From positions 257,207-321,206 of the forward strand of contig FLMG01000265.1 in NCBI GenBank assembly GCA_900088475.1: DNA of 64,000 bases, given 5' to 3'. Positions 54,801 to 64,000 of this stretch are shown piece by piece. Each line of letters opens with the position of its first letter. Within the stretch, counting starts at the first letter, position 1. The position numbers and the translations under genes are program-made. Below the pieces are notes generated by a model, which did not search any database, was not told the DNA's origin, and was given only the letters and a program-made list of their open reading frames with translations. Source of the DNA: Hyphochytrium catenoides (lineage: Eukaryota > Protista > Hyphochytriomycota).

Positions 54801-56280
54801 GATAAAGCTTATGAAAGTTTTAGATCACGATCATATCGTGAGGTACCTTGGCTCAGACTCGGATGACGAGTTTCTTTATATTTTCTTAGAGTTCGTCCCA
54901 GGAGGTTCTATCGCGAGGTGAGCAAGTAGCAGAGTTGAGCCCAAAGTAGGGAGCGAAGAGGAGCGGAGGAAAATTAGAGAAAGTGCTAGAGGGAAGTGTG
55001 ATGGTAAGGTGAAGATTTCGTAGGCAAGGGAGCGAATTGAAAGACTGTAGAGAGTGGGGAGGCCTGGTATCACCGAAATCAGCCCTGCTCGTCATGACGA
55101 GCAGACTTTGAGGCCAATTTTGGGAGGAATTCCCTAACTAGTCGTCAAGAGATATAAGGGGAGATGAAGTTTGGTGGCTATGTTACTCAGCCACCTCTCC
55201 GCCTCTTCCAGTTTACTCGCCCAATTCGGGGTTTTCAATGAAGATCTCATCCGCCTGTATACAAGACAGATTCTTCAGGGCGTGGAGTACCTGCATAGCA
55301 TGGGAATTGTGCACAGGGATATCAAAGGTAGGAAACAATAGCCAAGCGTTCTTAGTTGCCTTTCTTGACAAAAAAAAATAGCCTTGATGGTTTTCATTTG
55401 ACCCGCTACTGACAACAAGGAGAAGTTCCCCTACATTAGGGTGGGGCTGTTTGAGTGTGGGGGACAGTGACCTGGACGCAAGAGCCACACACTAGTGCGC
55501 CACACATGGCTTCCTCTTTATTGCTTTGAACAACTTCTTGGTCCATTGTCAAAATAATTCCGTTCACTGCAAAGCACCTCACCACCGTCTCTCCTGTTTT
55601 TTTGTCATTTTGTCTGGCCAGGCGGCAACGTTTTAGTCAATGACCACGGCGTTGCCAAGCTAGCAGACTTTGGCTGTTCTAAGCAAATCCAGGGTGTGAT
55701 GACGCACAGTCTGGAGAAGTCTCTTTGTGCTATTCGAGGCTCGATACCTTGGATGGCACCTGAGGTCATAAAACAAGAAAGACACGGCACTAAGGCTGAC
55801 ATTTGGTCCGTTGGAGCGACCGTCCTTGAGATGGCTACGGCCACTCATCCCTGGCCGGCTTTCACGAACAATGTGACAGCACTATTCAAAATCGCAACAA
55901 CTAAAGAGCCGCCTCCCTACCCTGAGAAAATCTCTGAGCAGATGAAGAGTTTCCTTGCGAGATGCTTTGAAATTAACCCAGGAGGTAAGTACAAGGCAGG
56001 GTCAACCAAGGTTGGACGGGTAGAGAAGTATCGCGTAGTGGATACAGTGAAAGCATGGCTATGAATGCGAGTTATGGGAAATTGGACGTGGGAGCTGGAG
56101 AGACACAGTGTTTAAAGTTTGAGCCACAACGGAGACACTAACTATGCCCTTTTTCTCTCTTCGTCATCTCCCAGCACGAGCAACTGCAAAAGAGCTTCTT
56201 CAACATCCATTTTTAGCGCACAAGGACTAGGAAAGAGTTCGACAACGAAGAGCGAAACAGCTACAAAGAAGGTTCAGTAA
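51830..56280 (+). CDS. STE11/MEKK-type MAP kinase kinase kinase (NPK1/ANP-like) with long disordered N-terminus
   Basis: '[14 protein letters not shown]|VYKGLN..FAVKQI', '[11 protein letters not shown]', '[18 protein letters not shown]|[14 protein letters not shown]', '[11 protein letters not shown]', 'KADIWSVG', '[12 protein letters not shown]'. The start is uncertain. Confidence 0.92.
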
Positions 56281-56377
56281 ACCTCGATCTGACTGAAGTA
56301 GCGTCAACCAAGAGAGAATAAGTTGATGGAGGGATGTCATGGACATCGTTGACCATGGCCCCAGGGCGACCTAGTAC

Positions 56378-57922
56378 CTACCCGACAGCTCGAACTACAA
56401 AGGTCAACACCAGCAGAAAGAGCGACCACAAAATGAAGGAGAGTGGGAAGTAGAGTAGTCTCTGCGAGGTAGGAGTAGTAAGGAGCCAGTAGAAGAAATA
56501 AGGCGCACTCAGGCTCCACAGCCAACCATAATACTTATCAGCTGATACCCCTTTGGTCTTCTTCAGCTGATACTCCAAGTATTGCGCGGGCATGCTTCCG
56601 AGAATAATGAAAAAGAAGTAAGTAATGGAGAAAATTGCCAGCTTGATAAGTGCAAAGATCGAGCCCCAAAGCGAGAAGTGCAACCAGGAGAAAGGGGAAA
56701 GGGCAAGATCTCCAGAGGTCTTATCAAGCTCCGGTAGGGGGGCTTCTGTGTAGATAATCGCGGATGGCTTACTCCAAAGACTCCACTTCCCATTCGGGAG
56801 CTTTCTCTGATAGCGGAATCTGTACAAGGGATATAAAGAGTGCCTTAAGCAAAGACCTAACACCTGACGCGGAGGCGGTTGGCTAGCGGACAAGGAAGCA
56901 TAGATACTGGAACCAAGATACGCCCACAATCCAAGACACACTTCATTTAGGGGTGCAGGATAAGTAAGAAGTCTATAAAGGTAAACCAGAGCCTGCAGAA
57001 AAGAGCGACGAAGCGAACCTGAAAGGTGTCTGAGGAGGCAATCCCGAGACCGCGGTTGATGTCCCGACTACAGACTCTGAAACTTCTCTCCATGAACCAT
57101 AAAGCCAGCCTGGTCTGTAGGTCTGTATACGGTATATCCCGTGCGCGTCTCCATTCCATTGCAATACTATGGAGTCACTGGTCCTTGAAATAGCTCTGGG
57201 TGGACCGCCCTGGTGTCCATCTAACTATATATAATGATAGCCAGACAGCCAGGTCCAGACCTCAAGTAAATATTATGGACAATGGGCGCCATAGAAAGCT
57301 AATAAGGACGTACCTTGGAGGGTGGCAAAGTCCTTGCCTGGACCTCAGGCCCCCACGGACCCCAAGCACCGGAACTTCCATTAGTTTGACGCTTCCTAGC
57401 CCTCACTGCTAGAACATACTCTGTATTGGGCTGCAGGCTTGAGACTTCGCATATGGACTGAGGCGTGCTAGAACAGACTAAAGACCATGTTTTGGTCAGC
57501 GTATTTCCTTCCGCGCATTTAACCTAGACAATATGGCAGCGGTAAAGAGGAGGTCATCGTCTTCGATGGCACACATTGTAAACCTCGGCTGTCAGTGAAT
57601 CAAGGTATCCCCACACTAGTGACCTCTTGATCGAGCTCTTAATGAACTTCTAGCTAATATGAAGCTTATCTTTTTTCCAGGGATGCAGTACCTGATAGTG
57701 CAGACCGTTTTTGCCAGGCGGTGGCTCCCACGTCACGGTTATGGATTCTGAAGTCTGCCGCTGGATTTGAGGGACCACGATTTCACCCTCGCCTTCAGGA
57801 GCCAAACCATCATTCCGGTCAGCGGATGTAAGCTGCCAGAGAGCGGGCAGTATGCAAACGAGCCCGAGTAGCAGAAATTTAATGGGTCTCGCGACGGGAG
57901 CAAACGTAACAAGATGCATCAT
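56378..57922 (-). CDS. Secretory-pathway membrane protein: signal peptide + 2 fibronectin type III domains + C-terminal hydrophobic helices; 4 exons
   Basis: FN3-1 'SITVTWEPP..YQ|V..SSLQPNTEYVLAVRAR..WGPWG'. FN3-2 'SIVLQW..YRIQ..SGLPPQTPFR|FRYQ..WSLWS'. Then about 3 hydrophobic segments. Confidence 0.8.
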
Positions 57923-59548
57923 AACTCCGACTAAGCAGCAGGATCTCTTCAATGTGTGAAGGGTAAAGCCTGGTCAGGAAGAAAGTCCTGACTTCTACCT
58001 CTGACATTCACATGCTAGGTCTCAGCAGGGCACGGCATGCTTGCTTGACCGCTGCATCAGAAGGTCATTAAGACGCTCTTCTCTCTTGATTAAAGCAACC
58101 GCATGGGGAAGGACCGTTGAAGCTGTAGCCCAAGTCCTTGAAGGAGCAAAGGATGTTTGGCAGCAAAGAGATCTATGAAGCAGCATCAGCTGAGCGGGCA
58201 TTCTGGCTCTGGGCAGGAAGGATCAGCCATCATCGGTGAAAGATCGCAACAAGGATCCACAGCACCTTACCTTAGCCGAAGAATCTCCCTCCAAAAAAAG
58301 CCCTTCTTTTATACTCCGGAGTACCAAAAGTAAAATAACGTACGACGTCGTACTGCCAGTTTGGCAACATTCCGTTTGTACGTACATCTCTGTCAGAAGA
58401 GTTCGTAGACCTTGTTACCACAAAAAGAAATCAATTGACCGTCGTGGTGTGTAATCCCTCTGTACCAACAGCTAGTTTTATAAAGCTTCTGTACATGTGG
58501 GCTTTTATGCAGGCTATTTCGCTTGGAAATTAGATTCTTATTGCTTTAGGAGACTACAGTATGATGGCCTTACCGATAAATTGGTGCAATCAACCTCAAA
58601 TCCAATCATTCTTCTTTCAAAAAAATCATTGAGTCCGAGAGACAGATTGACAGGGACAGGCCCATTCAGTACTACTGTCAATGCCGAGAAAGGACCTCCA
58701 AAGCCTGAAAAAAGTAAAGAGGTTTAATGGAAAAATGTTAGCACAAGAAAGCTGGCTGATAATCTTGATGGTTGTATGCCGAACAGCTTGTAACAGGGAC
58801 AACGGGCCTCTTTTGTCATCATCAGATGGGGAGGAAAATGAAAGGGATGACAAAGACAGGGGGGAAATTTTTGGAGTACAGTAGAAAGAAGCGGTAGAAA
58901 GATTATGAGACAGAGAGAGGTAGAGAAATGACTGAAGGGAGAGAGTTCGGTGATAATACCAAGGCTTTCGCTGACCAAATGCCGAGACAGAGCAAACTCA
59001 AGAGGCAAAAGGTTGAGGAGAGAGATAGGAAAATGAAGGTGTTCTCTGAGAGGAAGGAAAGGGGGGGATGGTCACGGTACGGTGGTCATCAGGAGTATCA
59101 CGATGCGGACAAATAATTAGCCCCCAACAAAGCGCCTGAGACAAGGGAGCCGAGATGCCAGTCAGAACCGAAAGCTGCAGAAAAAGTCAGCCCGATACTC
59201 TGGTTGTTCTTGAACCTTCATTGATTCTGATTCAGAGGCGGCGACGTGAAGACCACGCTGAAAGTACTTTCCATATAGTAAACGGAAGATTAGTGAAGAC
59301 CATTGCCGTAGGTTGTCCCTCAAGGATACATTTCTTTAGACTCCACGTCGGGGTCTGCCTTGATAGGGAAGCTCTCCTACCTTGCTTGACAGAGTTCGGT
59401 GAGAGACGATTCTGGAAGTGTTCGCCGTGAATCTTTGCGTTATAGAAACAAAGAATCTATGCGTTGTTGAGCCATAGTCTGCGATAGGGCCTGTATCGCC
59501 GACGACGTCAAGTGTTTGTGACGTTGGAGATTCCTATTTCAAAGCAAC

Positions 59549-62208
<2,660 letters not shown>

Positions 62209-62321
62209 GGAGACGATGTAATGGAGCTAAGTCATACTCGGTGTTCAATGCTGTACATACACTATAACAAGTAGAATACAATGTCAGATTCTTCCTAAAG
62301 CAATCATCAGCTATAAACACA

Positions 62322-62732
62322 CTATAAGCAGACAAACAATGACCAATGGAGGGTGTGCTCTTTTGGGTTCCAGACTACATCTGGCGCACATAGACGGGGT
62401 CGTTGTATCCTGGAACACTTTCTTGCTTCTTCCAATGTAGAGTCTCGATGATCACTGTCAAGGCAGTTTAGTTCTTGTGAAACCGTTCTCTGCCTCACTC
62501 TGCGCCGCTTCTGCTCTAAGAGCGCGTACTTTCTATCTTCTGCTTCTGCCATATGTTCAACCGCCTAAGAGGGTAGATTAGTATCTGAGGCGCATAGCTT
62601 ATTACGAAGGACATCTTTCACCTGCGCAATAAAGTGTTTCATCTGCTTGCTCGTCTCCGCAATGTTAATGACGTCCCTTTGACCCAAGAAGGTCATTAGA
62701 TGAGTGAGGCTGTCATGTTGGATCTTTTCCAT
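62322..62732 (-). CDS. Small (~117 aa) protein with N-terminal F-box-like motif; 2 exons
   Basis: MEKIQHDSLTHLMTFLGQRDVINIAETSKQMKHFIAQ is joined by a 57-nt GT-AG intron (62565-62621) in frame to AVEHMAEAEDRK...FVCL*. Confidence 0.55.
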
Positions 62733-63815
62733 TCTGCTTCTCCGTCCTTGTTACGCTTGACTATAGACAGGCGCAAGGCGCTAGATAGACAAGAAAGCGT
62801 CGCAGGATGAGCCGCCCCCTATGCCAGTGCCTGAGCTTGAACGACTGGTACAAAGATATACCCAGCGACCCTGATGATCCTAGATGAGAAGCCCTGCACA
62901 AGTAAAGGGAGACTGTCCTTTGATGGCACTGTTGACAGTGTGCTTGCGATCCAAGCGCAAGCACCCAACTGCGATCAGAACCCAAGCAAAGTCTGAAACA
63001 GTCGAAACTCATACAAGAGAAACTTCGCCCGTCGGCTCACACAGGTGAATAACAAACCCACGCATTCAACCAACCTTACACACATATCATGCACGATAGT
63101 AATGACATAGTGTAACAATACCGAGGCTTGTAAACACAAATTGAACTTAAACCCAACATCCTCTCGGAGGTTTCTAGGCGTTGGGGGTGGGCTCAATAGA
63201 GACCTGTTTCCCACCCACCTGCACTTTTCCGCCAAAGGTAGGCTCAAACGGTCAGTCAGACCGTTACAGGTGCCAGCCGTCCAGCCGTGATGAGTATCAT
63301 GGATAGCGAGGCCAATCTCTGCAACATCGCAATGGATAAAGGTTAAGAGGGCCGTCCTAACTCACCCTGGCCGCCTACAGCTTCATCGATTAGCAGCAGT
63401 CATCTAGAAATGGAAAGGTCGTGCTGATCCTGCTTCGCCGCGAAAGCTACCTTTATACCATTAACAACCAGAAGGCTCTAAGCCGTACCAGGCTTATAAC
63501 TTCTCCTAACGTGAAGAACTTCACACCAAATCTATATGTAATCACATTATATCCAGCAAGTCTATATGTACTCTCACATCAACTCTATATGTACCCTAAC
63601 GAACGGGGCCACCCTCATATACAAAAGCGAGAGGCTGATTGCTCCCAAGGTACCTGGAAAGCGGTATATGTAGAGGAAGTTCTCTAATCTACACAATACG
63701 TCACTCCAAGCCCGAAAGTTAAATAGTAGTACTTGTCCTTGAAGGTGTCAGCATCAAACGTTTAAGGACCAGACGAGACAATGACTTGGTTGCGTCTACG
63801 AGGTTCATTGAACAC

Positions 63816-64000
63816 CTAGCGTCTTTTCTGCAACGAAGGAGGAGATGGCCACATAATAGGTCTAGAGCCGTGAACAGCTGCTGGAGCTGTTTCTGTCAGT
63901 GCCTTGGGCCGTACTAACAAGGTCTCGTCACTTTGACCTTTAGTATCGGTGCTACTGTAACCATTTCTTCTGTCACTGAGCAGCCGACGCTGCTGGAGAA
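63816..64000 (-). CDS. Possible 3' terminal exon of a gene extending beyond the window
   Basis: An open frame from the window edge (LQQRRLLSDRRNGYSS...LQKRR*) with no recognisable motif. Confidence 0.3.
   Translation of the reverse strand, partial: LQQRRLLSDRRNGYSSTDTKGQSDETLLVRPKALTETAPAAVHGSRPIMWPSPPSLQKRR

Noticed and set aside
58236-59430. AT-richer intergenic segment as a possible MITE or ncRNA
   Set aside because: No terminal inverted repeats, TSD, or tRNA/snRNA/snoRNA signatures could be identified by eye.

Overview
Gene-dense, intron-rich eukaryotic genomic DNA (about 50% GC, short GT-AG introns with CT-rich tracts, three assembly gaps). It comes from a flagellated protist; a stramenopile origin is my impression only. 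By manually splicing exons I reconstruct about 19 protein-coding genes: a Stealth-family phosphotransferase (truncated), an ~18-exon uncharacterised polytopic membrane protein, DJ-1/PfpI, an RS-rich cyclophilin, a CNNM/DUF21-CBS transporter, a tandem-domain MAPR haem-binding protein, DNAAF1/ODA7, kinesin-13, an SLC25A44-like carrier, ribokinase, a long coiled-coil protein, ATG13, a MAP3K, a 2xFN3 membrane protein, a PX-domain AGC kinase, a small F-box-like protein and several hypothetical proteins. I found no rRNA, tRNA, CRISPR array or intact transposon, and no convincing multi-gene novel system. The best leads are single-gene novelties: the twin-domain MAPR, the hidden multi-TM protein, the C-terminal-motor kinesin-13 and the FN3 membrane protein. 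Structural oddities are a 22-bp direct repeat around a gap at the DJ-1 start and a GC-AG intron. Exon boundaries were derived by hand and need RNA-seq confirmation.
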